DNA of 62,311 nucleotides, filler included, from Pirum gemmata (Eukaryota): NCBI GenBank assembly GCA_002812295.1. It is 16 parts of 16 records of this genome, joined end to end, with 100 filler letters (N's around TTAATTAATTAA, not from the genome) between each part and the next. Parts side by side here need not be neighbours in the genome. Positions count along the whole stretch, not along the records: positions 38,915 to 42,226 come from PDIN01002880.1; positions 42,327 to 45,644 come from PDIN01002881.1; positions 45,745 to 49,063 come from PDIN01002882.1; positions 49,164 to 53,894 come from PDIN01002883.1; 12 more parts are not named here. One strand, 5' to 3'. Shown piece by piece: positions 38,915 to 50,887 of this stretch (position 1 is its first letter; each line of letters starts with the position of its first letter). The notes under the pieces were generated by a model. It saw only the letters and a program-made list of their open reading frames with translations, ran no database searches and was not told where the DNA came from. The position numbers and the translations under genes were made by a program.

Positions 38915-40030
38915 TTATTGTTATTGTTATTGTTATTGTTATTGTTATGGTGTTTTTATTGATATTGTATGGTTACTTGTTATGGTTGTTATTGTTTATT
39001 GTTATTGCTTATTGTTATTGTTATTGTTATTGTTATTGTTATCGTTATCGTTATTGACATTATTATGGTTATTGTTTATTATTATTGTTTATTGCTATTT
39101 ATTATTGTTATTGTTATTGTTATTGTTATTGATATTGATATTGTTATTGCTACTGTTACTGTTATTGTTTTTTGTTCTTGTTATTTTTATTGTTATTGTT
39201 ATTGTTATTGTTATTGTTATTGTTATTGTTATTGTTATTGTTATTTGTTATTTTTATTGTTTTTGTTATTGCTATTGTTATTGTTATTGTTATTGTTATG
39301 TTTGTTATTACTATCATTATTGTTATCATTATTGTTATTGTTATTGTTATGGTTATTGTTATTACTGTTGTTAACTGTTGTTATTATTAGTGTTATTGTT
39401 ATTGTTATTGCTATTGTTATTGTTATAGTAATTATAGTTATTGTTATTATTATTATTATTGTTATTGTTATGGTTATTGTTACTGCTATTGTTATTGTTT
39501 ATTGTATTAATCATTGTCTATTGTTATCGGTATTTATTGTTATTGTTACAGTGATTGTTATTGTTATTGCTATTGCTATTGATATTGCTATTGTTATTGT
39601 TCTTATTCTTATTCTTTTTATTGTTATTGTTATTGTTATTGTTATTAATATTGTCATGTTTCTTGTTATTATTATTATTTGTTGTTTTTGTTTAATGTTA
39701 TTGTTATGGTTATTGTTACTGATATTGTTTGTGTTTTTGTTTTTGTTATTGTTCTTTTTATTGTTATTATTATTATTATTATTGTTATATAGTAACTGTT
39801 ATTGTTATTATTGTTGTCATTGTTATTTTTATTGTTTTTGTCGTTATTATTATTATTATTGTAAGGTTTGGTATTACTATCATTATTGTCATGGTTATTT
39901 TTCTTGTTATTGTTATGGTTATTGTTATTGTTACTACTGTTATTGTTGTTATTGTTATTGTTGTTATTGTTATTGTTATTGTTATTGTTATTGTTATTGT
40001 TAACGTTATTGTTATTGTTATTGTTATTGT
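38915..40030. repeat. Degenerate (TTATTG)n array
   Basis: Direct reading. It explains all the overlapping low-complexity ORFs here. Confidence 0.95.
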
Positions 40031-40134
40031 ATTGGGGTGGGGGTGGGGGGTGCAAGATTAAGTATCGATTACATCGTTTTTAGTTTTTTTTTTTAGTGTA
40101 ATTAAGGGATGCTAATAGTGATAATAGTTCTAGT

Positions 40135-40870
40135 CAGTAAGAGCTATTCATCAATTAGTAAAACAGCTATCGATTCTTTTCCTCCGGCTTGGTAAAACTC
40201 GCTTGGGGAAAGTAGCTAATCCCTCGGCTTGTTAAAACTTGCTTGTGGAGCCAATGATAGTAGTTTTAGTTTAGAGAGCTATCCATCAATTAGTAACAGT
40301 TATTTTTTCCTCCGGCTTGGTAAAACTTGCTTGTGGAAAGTAGCTAATCCTCCGGCTTGGTAAAGCTTGCTTGTGGAGCTAATGATAGTAAGGGCTATTT
40401 CGTAGTACACAGCTATTCATCAATTAGTAAAACAGCTATCTTTTCCTCCGGCTTGGTAAAACTCGCTTGTGGAAAGTAGCTAATCCTCCGGCTTGGTGAA
40501 ACTTGCTTGTGGAGCTAATGATAGTAGTTTTAGTTTAGTAAGGGTTATTTCGTTGTACAGAGCTATTCTTCAATTAGTAAAACAGTTATTTTTTCCTCCA
40601 GCTTGGTAAAACTCGCTTGTGGAAAGTAGCTAATCCTCCGGCTTGGTAAAACTTGCTTGTGGAGCCAATAAAAGGGCTATGTCGTTGTACAGAGCTATTC
40701 TTCAATTAGTAAAAAAGTTATCTTTTCCTCCACCTTGGTAAAACTGGTTTGTGGAAAGTAGCTAATCCTCCGGCTTGGTAAAACTTGCTTGTGGAGCTAA
40801 TAAAAGTAGTTTTAGTTTAGTAAGGGCTATTTCGTAGTATGGAGCTATTCATCAATTAGTAAAACAGCTA
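40135..40870. repeat. Satellite with higher-order structure, about five ~120-150 bp units each holding two ~40-bp subrepeats
   Basis: AGCTATTCATCAATTAGTAAAACAG followed by two copies of CCTCCGGCTTGGTAAAACT(C/T)GCTTGTGGA. Confidence 0.93.
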
Positions 40871-40903
40871 TAATAATAATAATAATAATAAGAATAAGAA
40901 TAA

Positions 40904-40949
<46 letters not shown>

Positions 40950-41125
40950 TAAATAACAAAAGGATAAAAGGAGATCAAAAAGTCTATTAGGGTCTAGACT
41001 ATTCCTACTAGTTTTTTTTATCTTTTGTAAAAAATTTGAAAAAATTAATTGGCTACTTTCATTATCAATAAAGACTAAAAAGATACCATTTTAAGGGGTT
41101 TAAATTGTTTTTACCCATGTATTAC

Positions 41126-41274
41126 GGAACATTCATTAATGACGTCACTTTTTGAAATACCCTTTTTCTAGATTTCCATTTAAATGGCTTAGATTGCAAT
41201 ATGAAAGCTTATAATGTTCTTCTGATAACTTGGTCTGCGGCGTTTTTATGATAACGTCATAAACGAATGTTCCC
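41126..41274 (+). mobile_element. MITE family D
   Basis: GGAACATTCATTAATGACGTCA ... TAACGTCATAAACGAATGTTCCC inverted termini. Confidence 0.8.
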
Positions 41275-41385
41275 TAGCCTTCACTGTATCATACTGTAGG
41301 GTTTAGTAGGTACTACTAGCTAGCTAGCTAGCTAGCTAGTGAGTAGGTCTACACTGTATCAACTACTGTATCATAGGTACCTTTG

Positions 41386-41609
41386 TAGGGTTAGGGTTAG
41401 GGTTAGGGTTAGGGTTAGGGTTAGGGTTATAGAGTTAGGGTTAGGGTTAGGGTTAGGGTTAGGGTTAGGGTTAGGGTTAGGGTTAGGGTTAGGGTTAGGG
41501 TTAGGGTTAGGGTTAGGGTTAGGGTTAGGGTTAGGGTTANGGTTAGGGTTAGGGTTAGGGTTAGGGTTAGGGTTAGGGTTAGGGTTAGGGTTAGGGTTAG
41601 GGTTAGGGT
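41386..41609 (+). repeat. Nearly perfect interstitial (TTAGGG)n
   Basis: Direct reading, with non-telomeric sequence on both sides within the contig. Confidence 0.96.
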
Positions 41610-41782
41610 ATCATACCTTAGTTAGCTAATAAATCTTAGCCAACTAGTAGTAGCTAGCTAGATGTGGTAGACTCCTAGCTAGCTAGTAGTATGATATCTA
41701 CCCGGCCTACTAGCTAGCTAGCTCTAGCTAGTAGTAGTCTAGTCCTAGCTATGACATAGTAGACTAGACCTGTAGACTAGAC

Positions 41783-41976
41783 TATCGTGTTTTTCAATAG
41801 TGTTGTCCACGAAAGGTGTTGTCCAGTTCAAAAACTGAAATAAACATACCAAATTATTAACTATCAGACATGTTTTAATTAATTTGGTATTTTATAAATA
41901 ATATATTATTTTATAAACAAGCTCAATTATACACTTAAACAGTACCAAATTAAAGAGTGAGGGGAGAAATAGACTA
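41783..41976 (-). mobile_element. MITE family B
   Basis: TATCGTGTTTTTCAATAGTGTTGTCC... body. Confidence 0.82.
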
Positions 41977-42126
41977 TGATAGCTAGTTAGAGCTAGCTCT
42001 AGCTAGCTAGCTAATAGGACTCAAACAAAAGCACAAGAACTCCTTATGATTGATAAGTGATTGATTGATACTACAGCTATAAAATACCAGTATGAAATGG
42101 ATTTCTATTTGAATAATAATAAAGTA

Positions 42127-42163
<37 letters not shown>

Positions 42164-42359
42164 GCTGCTTGGATGGATAAATGGCGCACTAAACTTAGTT
42201 TACCAAAAACAAATTACTTACTCATCNNNNNNNNNNNNNNNNNNNNNNNNNNNNNNNNNNNNNNNNNNNNTTAATTAATTAANNNNNNNNNNNNNNNNNN
42301 NNNNNNNNNNNNNNNNNNNNNNNNNNCACCTCCCCTTCCCCAAGCATATATAAACAAAA

Positions 42360-42720
42360 AGATAAACATAATGAAATATAAACATAAACATAAATATAAA
42401 TATAAACATACACATAAACATAAACATAAACATAAACATAAGCATAAATATATATATAAATATAAACATAATAAACATAAACATAAACATAAACATAAAC
42501 AAAAACATAAACGTTAACATATATATGAATATAATTATAAACATAAACATAAACATATATAATAAACAAATAAACAACATACACATAAACATACATTCAA
42601 ACATAAACATTAACATTAACATAAAACAATTGCAAGAGTTTTAAAACACAAATTTTATTAAACATAAACATAAACATAATCATAAACATAAACATACGCA
42701 TATAAATATAATCATAAATT
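42360..42720. repeat. (ACATAA)n microsatellite
   Basis: Direct reading. Confidence 0.93.
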
Positions 42721-43957
42721 AATATGCAATAAAATTTAAATTTTTTTTTGTGGGTTTGAACAAAAAGACAGAAATCATTGAAAAATCACAGTGAAAAAAG
42801 TGTGAAAAATCAAAAAAGGTCGTCTGAGAAAAACGTCTAGGATACAAAAAAAACCTGATTGGCTAACTGGAAAATAAATACCATAATATAATAATGATTT
42901 TTGAGACTTTTTTGAGTGATTTTTGTTTGTTTTTTTTCACTTTTTTTTCACTTTTTTTTCTCAGTATTAAACTGTTTTTTTTCTTGGGGAGGTATTCTAA
43001 ATTTTTTTTTTTTTTTTTTTTTTTGACAATCTGTACACACTCTATACACTAATCTGTACAGATATCTAGACATCTATACTCAATCTATCTGCACAGAAAA
43101 TTTTTTAAAAAATGTTTTCAAACACTTTTCAAACTATTAAATTTAGAAAACATTAAAATTGTTAAATATTAATTTGGTAATCCAAATGCTAATTTAATAT
43201 ATTTTGAAAACGAGCTTTTGAAAGTAACTAAAGTAACATCGATATAGTATCGATTATCATAAAAAAAAAAGGAATTCGAACCTACAATGCAATTTGAATA
43301 GATACTAAAGTGATACTAAATAGATCCAATTTCAAGTAAATATTTACAAAAATAATAATAATAATAATAATACCTGACATCATACAATTAAAAATTTATA
43401 TACAATATACACAGTAGAAAGTTAAAAGAATAAAATTAACCAGCATTTATGAATAAAATAAATCATACACACAAGTTTTCCTTTTGTATTTTTATTTTGT
43501 ATCTTTTTAAAATGAAATCTACTAAACGCAGAATCTTTCTATACAAATAATATTAATATACCAATCCAACTCAACTTAACCCTAACCCTAACCCTAACAT
43601 CAACCATTTTATTCCTAAAATCTAGTATACGAAGTAATCTTTCTATACACCAACCAATCCTAGCCCTATACTATCCCTATACTAACTAACTCTATACTAA
43701 CCCTATGCTAACTCTATACTAACCCCTTACTAACCCTAACCCTAACATCAACCATTATTCCTAAAACGTAATAATCTTGTAAAATACACCAACACTAACA
43801 CCAACCCAAGCAACAACCTTAACATCAACCTTAACATCAACCATCTTTTCCATTTTGTTTTCGAATACTTAATATATAAATATATTATTATTCGTTCCCT
43901 GTTACCCTAGGTAAATTAGAATAGAAAAAGTATTGTAACAACAAGTTTAAAATATCA

Positions 43958-44251
43958 ATGAAGTTGGCCGTGTTAATCTGGCACGTGTGTTTTATTTTAA
44001 ATGCAGTAGGTGTTTATACAGTAAACCGAATGCCAGCTTTAGGTGAGCGATGTTTTCAATCTAATGGCATCTACATGTGGGGTTGTTTTGATAATCCTGT
44101 TCCAAATGTCCCGCCACAAAGTTATTGGTTTCAATGTACAAAAAATGTTAAAGACGAATGGGTTTATGATTTTATAGGCGATGATTGTTTATATGGTTGT
44201 AATGAGAATTATGATGGTACGAGTAATACTTATAGATGCAAAACGGAATAA
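43958..44251 (+). CDS. Small secreted cysteine-rich protein (97 aa), family unknown
   Basis: ATG start, hydrophobic signal-like N-terminus, six Cys in the mature region, complex composition, and TATATAAA about 85 nt upstream. Confidence 0.65.
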   Translation: MKLAVLIWHVCFILNAVGVYTVNRMPALGERCFQSNGIYMWGCFDNPVPNVPPQSYWFQCTKNVKDEWVYDFIGDDCLYGCNENYDGTSNTYRCKTE

Positions 44252-44673
44252 AGATGCAAGGTTCAGACATTGATAGAAAAGGCCCAGTTTATGTGCAAAA
44301 CGGTATATGAAGATTGTTAAAGACGAGTAATACTTAACAGATGTATCAAAACGGAATAAAGATACAAGGTTCAGATATCGATAGGAAACGGTACCTAACC
44401 TTAACCTTTTTATGTACAAAACCGTATAAAACGATAGCAAAAGACGAGTAATACTTACAGATGCAAAACGGAATAAAGATACAAGGTTCAGATATTGATA
44501 AGAAAGGTTATATTGGTGAGTGTTTCTAATTTTTATTTGAGCGAGAAACATATGTAATTTACATTTGAAAGACGAATATACGTATTTTATATATGATACA
44601 AATATGACCGCAGTGTTGGTAAAATTTTATAAAAAGCTTAAAAGACAAAGTGAATAATAAAATAATAGTTTTG

Positions 44674-44946
44674 GTAGGGTTAGGGTTAGGGTTAAGGTTA
44701 GGGTTAGGGTTAGGGTTAGGGTTAGGGTTAACGTTAAGGTTAGGGTTAAGGTTAGGGGTAGGGTTAAGGTTAAGATTAAGGTTAAAGTCAAGCTTAGGGT
44801 TAGGGTTATAATTAGGGTTATAATTAGGGTTAGTTAAGGTTAATTAGGGTTAGGGTTAGGATTATTACGGTTAGTTAGGGATAGGGTTAGGGTTAGGGTT
44901 AGTTAAGGTTAGTGTTAGGGTTAGTTAAGGTTAGGGTTAGGGTTAG
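44674..44946 (+). repeat. Degenerate interstitial (TTAGGG)n
   Basis: Direct reading. Confidence 0.93.
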
Positions 44947-45299
44947 TATTTCAATTGGGGTTGCTTTCAAATTTTAAAACAAAAAAGTTGGGTTATATAA
45001 GCTTTGATGAGTGGCACCGGTTTTTGTAAAGCGCAAAACGAAGCAATAATTAACGAAAAATATAAAATTTCGGCTATAATATAGTATGTTGATCTGTTTG
45101 TTTATTTTTTGATGTTGGTGAAAAAAATTGTTATCAATAGTCCCGAAAATTGCACATTTTTCGAATTTGTTGCAGGTTTGTGCATATTCAATTTTCAACC
45201 AAAAAACGCAAATATTTCAGAAACTCGAATAATAATTTCAGATTCGAAAACTTATGTTTTTTTTAAAGGTTCAAAAATGGTGTGTACGAGTTTTGTTTC

Positions 45300-45330
<31 letters not shown>

Positions 45331-45351
45331 AACCGAAGTTGCAGATTTTAA

Positions 45352-45578
45352 CTATAGCATAAACTTACTAAAGGTTCTATCCATAGTAGCGTCAGCCAAT
45401 TCGTAGGTAGTAGCCCAGGAGGCATCCCATCCTTTTCCAACATTGCCTCCATTGTCTTGTATTGCTTTTGCGATAATTGCGCAAAGTTCGGTCTCACGAT
45501 CATTTACTTCTTGTTGTTTTTTGGAAAATAAACGGAATCGATCACGAGCCATTTTTTGCATTAAAATTCGACTGTCAC
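45352..45578 (-). CDS. Possible terminal exon of unknown gene
   Basis: Complex, GC-richer ORF (RILMQKMARDRFRLF...WDASWATTYELAD) preceded by candidate CAG acceptors. Upstream part lost at the linker. Confidence 0.4.
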
Positions 45579-45814
45579 TGTAATTTTTTTTTTTTGGATA
45601 TTTTAATAATATTATTAAGAATATTAATAATAATAATGTAAACTNNNNNNNNNNNNNNNNNNNNNNNNNNNNNNNNNNNNNNNNNNNNTTAATTAATTAA
45701 NNNNNNNNNNNNNNNNNNNNNNNNNNNNNNNNNNNNNNNNNNNNATTATTATTATTATTATTGTAATTTATTTATTTATTTATTATTTATTGATCGGCGC
45801 ACGGCGTGGTTTAG

Positions 45815-46152
45815 GTAGAACTTTTACCTGTGATTGAAGAGACATTCGAAATAGTTCAACAACAACAGCAGCAACAACAACAACATCTACAACAGGGGCA
45901 GCATTTTATTAACCAATACGTCAAAGAATATTTGTTAATGGCACTTCGCTTTCTATTAAACTTATCAATGAATGAAGATTTACATGACGCCATTATGGCC
46001 ACTTCGATTCCTAAATCTGTTATTTGTTTTCTAGCAAAACCGTATTGTGAGATGATTCGCTTTAAAGCTTTACAAGTAACGGCAAATTTAACTTGCAAGG
46101 TAAATAATAATCGAGAGTTTATCGAGAGTTTATTATTATTATTATTATTATT

Positions 46153-46200
<48 letters not shown>

Positions 46201-47041
46201 ACTGTTGTTGTTGTTATTGTAATTGTTGTTGTTTTGTTGTTGCAATTCTATTTTATTACTAATAATGCCATACCATACTGTTATTGATTTTTTAGGAGGA
46301 AACTGGTCTAACCTTATGTAAAATGAAAGTGTTACCACCACTTTACGCTTTTGTTGTTGAAAATGATTTTGATATTTTGAGAAGGGTTCTTTTGATCCTG
46401 AAAAAGCTTTTAGGGTAAGATTTGTTACCATCTGTTTCTCTCTATCTTCGATAGTCTTCCTCCTGACCCTAACTCTCTAACTTTAACCCTAACCATATTT
46501 TAAGAGGGGCTCTTTTGATCCTGAAAAAGCTTTTAGGGTAAGAATTGTTACCATTTGTTGCTCTCAATCTTCGATAGCCTTCCTCTAACTCTAACCCTAA
46601 CCCTAACCCTAACCCTAACCCTAACCCTAACCCTAACCCTAACCCTAACCCTAAATAATAATTCTTTTAGAAAGTTCAATAATAAAGAGAATTTCACGTT
46701 CTCTGGAATATAACCCTCCAGTGGTTGGTATGCGAATTGTAAAAGAAATTTCAAGATCTTTGTCAAACCAACCCAATGACCAAGGTTATTGGAAAGTTGT
46801 TGGCTCTAATTATCCTTCCTACCCCTAACCCTAACCCTGTTCCAGGTATATGAAGAACGACGATTCTTTATCGGGGATATTAAAAGAAAGAGCTTACATT
46901 GCACATAAACAATGGATGAAAATAAGGTGTAAAGATATCATTGACAACTTTAAATTACAAGGTACTAACGCCGAAGAAGATGAACAAGAAATTAAAAAGC
47001 TGGCACAGAGTGTATTAAATAACATACTTTTGCTGGAATAA
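45815..47041 (+). CDS. Spliced helical, armadillo-like protein, 3' part; exons 45815-46098, 46296-46414, 46846-47041
   Basis: GT-AG junctions join in frame (..ANLTCK/EETGLTL..KKLL/GYMKNDD..). ALRFLLNLSMN and KALQVTANLT resemble ARM helix-3 L.NL motifs. Confidence 0.7.
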
Positions 47042-47815
47042 ATTTTTTCCCCATTAATGTTATTCTTACTACTTGTTAATCGGCTACCCCGAAAGTTCCA
47101 TATTTTTCTGGCTTGTTGTGGTTGTGCATTTTTCAAGCATAAAACTTGATTATTTTTCAGTGAAACTTGAGAAATAATTACAGATTTGAAAATTTATATT
47201 TTTAAAGCCTTATGATTATTAAACAAGTTCGAAATTGTTCAAAAGTGCTCAAAAATGTTCGATATTACATATGGACGATCTGTTCAAATAAAATCGAAGT
47301 TGCAAATTTTCGAATATGCCCAGTCGAACATGCATGCTACATGCCCTTTTTTCTTTTATTTTCTTCTCGAAAAAAAGCATCAAGAAGTTACAAAAATGGG
47401 AGATTTAATGAATTACAATAGACACCAGTCTTTGTATAGACAACATGATTTACTTTATAGAAATAATCAATGAACAACCAACAACTGATAATCAACAATC
47501 AGCAACCAACTACTGACAATCAATAATCAATAATCAATAATCAATAATCAGCAATCAACAACCAACAGTCAACAACGAATAAGTATTCAAAAAGCAACAC
47601 AACTAGCAACAGTTTTAAAATGTCCTTTCCATAACAATGTTAAATATGTATGTGTTACTATTCAATACTTATTCAATCATAAATGTTGTAAAACAGTTAT
47701 TTAAGTCTTAGAAGTTGTCTGCCACGGTAATAATATCATAATATTATATCCGGTCATAATTTCACATTGATAAAAGAAATTTTAAAATTCAGCAGGGGAA
47801 TTAATAGATACCCAA

Positions 47816-48110
47816 TTACATAGTTGAAATATTACAGGTTTGCATACAATTTGTTGATATAAGTTTGTATAGGTTGATATCGAATATCATTTTTGTTATA
47901 AATTTCAATGTGAAGTACAAATAGTAAATAGTACAAATAGTATATAATCTATGAATAGCTGGATTGTTCTTTGAGTATAAGTATTTGTTTTTTTTCTTTA
48001 GCACCAAAAATTATATTGTTGTAATGTTGATCGTTTGTTTGGGTGCATGTTCCTGTTGTTATCAGTATGATTAAGTTTTAAGATTGATTGATTTTTTGAT
48101 GTATGTTAGC
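47816..48110 (-). mobile_element. Probable decayed LINE 3' remnant
   Basis: Patchy similarity to 3030-3200 (for example GCTA.TCATAGA.T.TATA and AAC.TATAC.AA). Confidence 0.4.
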
Positions 48111-48143
48111 CAGTTTAATATTTTTATCATATAATATTTAATA

Positions 48144-48177
48144 TGGTCCAGTTCAAAAACTGAAATAAACGTACTAA

Positions 48178-48209
<32 letters not shown>

Positions 48210-48400
48210 GATTTAAACTATCTACATGTTAAACTATGATAAGTTTAAACTATCATAGTCTATCAGACATGTTTTCAATAATAATTTGGAATAATGCTGT
48301 ATTTTACAAGTTCAATTTTACACTACTAGACCTAAGTCTTATCATACTGGTATTTTAAAAACAGCAGCCTATCGATACAAATTAAAAATTGAGAGGACAA
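48144..48400 (-). mobile_element. MITE family B with internal insertions, truncated by telomeric array
   Basis: GTCCAGTTCAAAAACTGAAATAAACG...ATTGAGAGGACAA is joined directly to (CCCTAA)n. Confidence 0.8.
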
Positions 48401-48540
48401 CCCTAACCCTAACCCTAACCCTAACCCTAACCCCTAACCCTAACCCTAACCCTAACCCCTACTAACCCTAACCCTAACCCTAACCCTAACCCTAACTAAA
48501 CCCTGACCCTAACCCTGAACCCTAACCCTAACCCTAACCC
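48401..48540 (-). repeat. Interstitial (CCCTAA)n
   Basis: Direct reading. Confidence 0.95.
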
Positions 48541-49955
48541 TTATTACTAAGCGGAGTTCTACCTCGGGTATGGCGTATTGCGTGACATTTGCGTCTAAGA
48601 ATCTCCAACTTTTTTACTGTGGAATGAGAAATAAAAAAAATTGAAGGTTTTTTAATTAAAAATTTTACCTAGCTAGTAAATTTTACCCATCGATCATAAC
48701 AGAACTCAAAAAAAATTAGCCCAAAAGAAAACTCCCACTTTTAAAAATCGATTCTCGAGAAATCGATTTATATTTTTTGGTAAACTCTCGAACATAAGTA
48801 AATAAATATATATTTGAGCATATTTGTATGTTCGAAATTTATCGTGAGCATATATTTGTATGTTCGAAATTTATCGTGAGATAAAACTCCAGATTTTTAG
48901 GGTTTAGAAAAAGTATGGTGACACCACCTTAAATTTCCCTCTGATCGAACGCTCAAACATAGGCATTTACATTTGATCGAACATATTTGTGTTCAATATT
49001 CGAGCTCTAAATTTATGTTTGAATCTTCGAACATAGTAATAATTATCTTTGATTTTTCGAACTNNNNNNNNNNNNNNNNNNNNNNNNNNNNNNNNNNNNN
49101 NNNNNNNTTAATTAATTAANNNNNNNNNNNNNNNNNNNNNNNNNNNNNNNNNNNNNNNNNNNNATTATTGTTATTATTATTATAGGAATTTTGCTAGTAG
49201 TAGTAGTCTAGTAAAACAAAGCAGAAGCCTGTCGGTGGATTACTTTTTTTTTATAGTCTACTTGTTCGATTGGACAGGAGCATAAGAACACGGATAGTAG
49301 GCTCAGAATATTTATTTGGTTGGTTATAATATTTAAATTGGCATTATTTTAAATGAATAAATAGATAATAAAATATACCAAATTAAGTAAAATGGATGCA
49401 TATTGTATTAATTTGGTATTTTTTATTGTATATAATTTTTTGTTTTGTAGTTCTACCAGTAGCTTCTCCCAATTTTGCTTTGTTTTTTAAAAAAATCAAG
49501 TTTACGAGCCTATGCATTAATTAAATAAGTTCGAAAATTTTAAGCTAACAGTTAAGTATTCGAGTATATTTATTTATTTATAAATCCGAAAAAAATGGAA
49601 AAATAATTTTCGAACAGGCTGAATTTCGACTTTTTTTTCGACAGTAGAAATTCGAGTTTTTGGGATCGAGCAGAATTTGGAGAGGGTTTAGCGAATAGTG
49701 ATCATATTCGCTGGACCAGGATGATATGGTGCGTTGCGTTTAAAACTCCCAAACTTTTCGAGACATAATTATAATAATATTCTATTTCGAACATATATAT
49801 TTAATATGTTCGAAATATTCAAGCTGTGTTTGGCCACTTTCAAAAGTTGGTGAATTTTAAGCGTGCTGTACCATATTTGGTTAAACCAATCAAAAAATTT
49901 GAGGAAATAAAGCTTGATGATTGGCTAATAAATATAATAAAAAAAAAATTCTTCA

Positions 49956-50114
49956 CCTAACCCTATTACCCTAACCCTAACCCTAACCCTAACCCTAACC
50001 CTAACCCAAACTAATCCTAACCCTAACCCTAACCCTAACCCTAACCCTAACCCTAACCCTAACCCTAACCCTAACCCTAACCCTAACCCTAACCCTAACC
50101 CTAACCCTAACCCC
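49956..50114 (-). repeat. Interstitial (CCCTAA)n
   Basis: Direct reading. Confidence 0.95.
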
Positions 50115-50689
50115 TATATAAATGAAATGTACGATAAAAAAAGCAATAAAAAATATATCCGATTTTGAGGACAAAGCTATTGGTTAATTATTTTAATAAA
50201 TAAATTGGATGCATACTAAGCCAACCTGAGCAAAAAAAATAAAAAAGCTTTTCAATTCCTCGTGTCATAATTATGATATTCTTGATATTTAGAAACTTAA
50301 CGAACACGGTTTTATTACTAACATTATTAATATTATATATAATCAACTGTAGTTTCAAGTATATGTAGACTTGGTGGTGGTAGAAGTAGTAGTAGTCGTA
50401 GTAGTAGTAGTCTTTATCAAACAACAACAAACAACAAACAGTACACAACAAACAACAAACAACAAACAATAAACAATAAACAATAAACAACAAACAACAA
50501 ACAACAACAAACAATAAACAATAAACAACAAACAACAAACAAACAAACAAACANTAACGAAAACTTACGGTAATAAATCAGTCTCGCTCAAATAAAGAAT
50601 AAAATTACCCCAGTAAATTTCCTTTTATATATCTTGTATATTAAATATATATAAAAAGCAAACCTAGAAATAAAATATAAAAAAAAACA

Positions 50690-50738
<49 letters not shown>

Positions 50739-50887
50739 AAAAAAAAACAAAAAAACAAAAAACAAAACCAAAAGCCAAAAAATCAAACTTGTTTACTTTT
50801 ATAATAGTATTGTATTGTAAACAACGACAACAACAACAACAACAGAACAAAAAATAACAACACAAAACAAAAGAAAAACAACCAAAT

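Noticed and set aside
38969..40083. Long ORFs of up to 344 aa
   Set aside because: These are translations of (TTATTG)n. The same applies to the VIVI, RVRV, NPNP, WFGLV and poly-L/Y/N ORFs elsewhere.
40135..40870. CRISPR-like array
   Set aside because: The intervening sequences are themselves repeated, so this is a higher-order satellite.
45352..47041. Divergent gene pair or single gene across 45646-45744
   Set aside because: The two parts are on different contigs separated by a linker.
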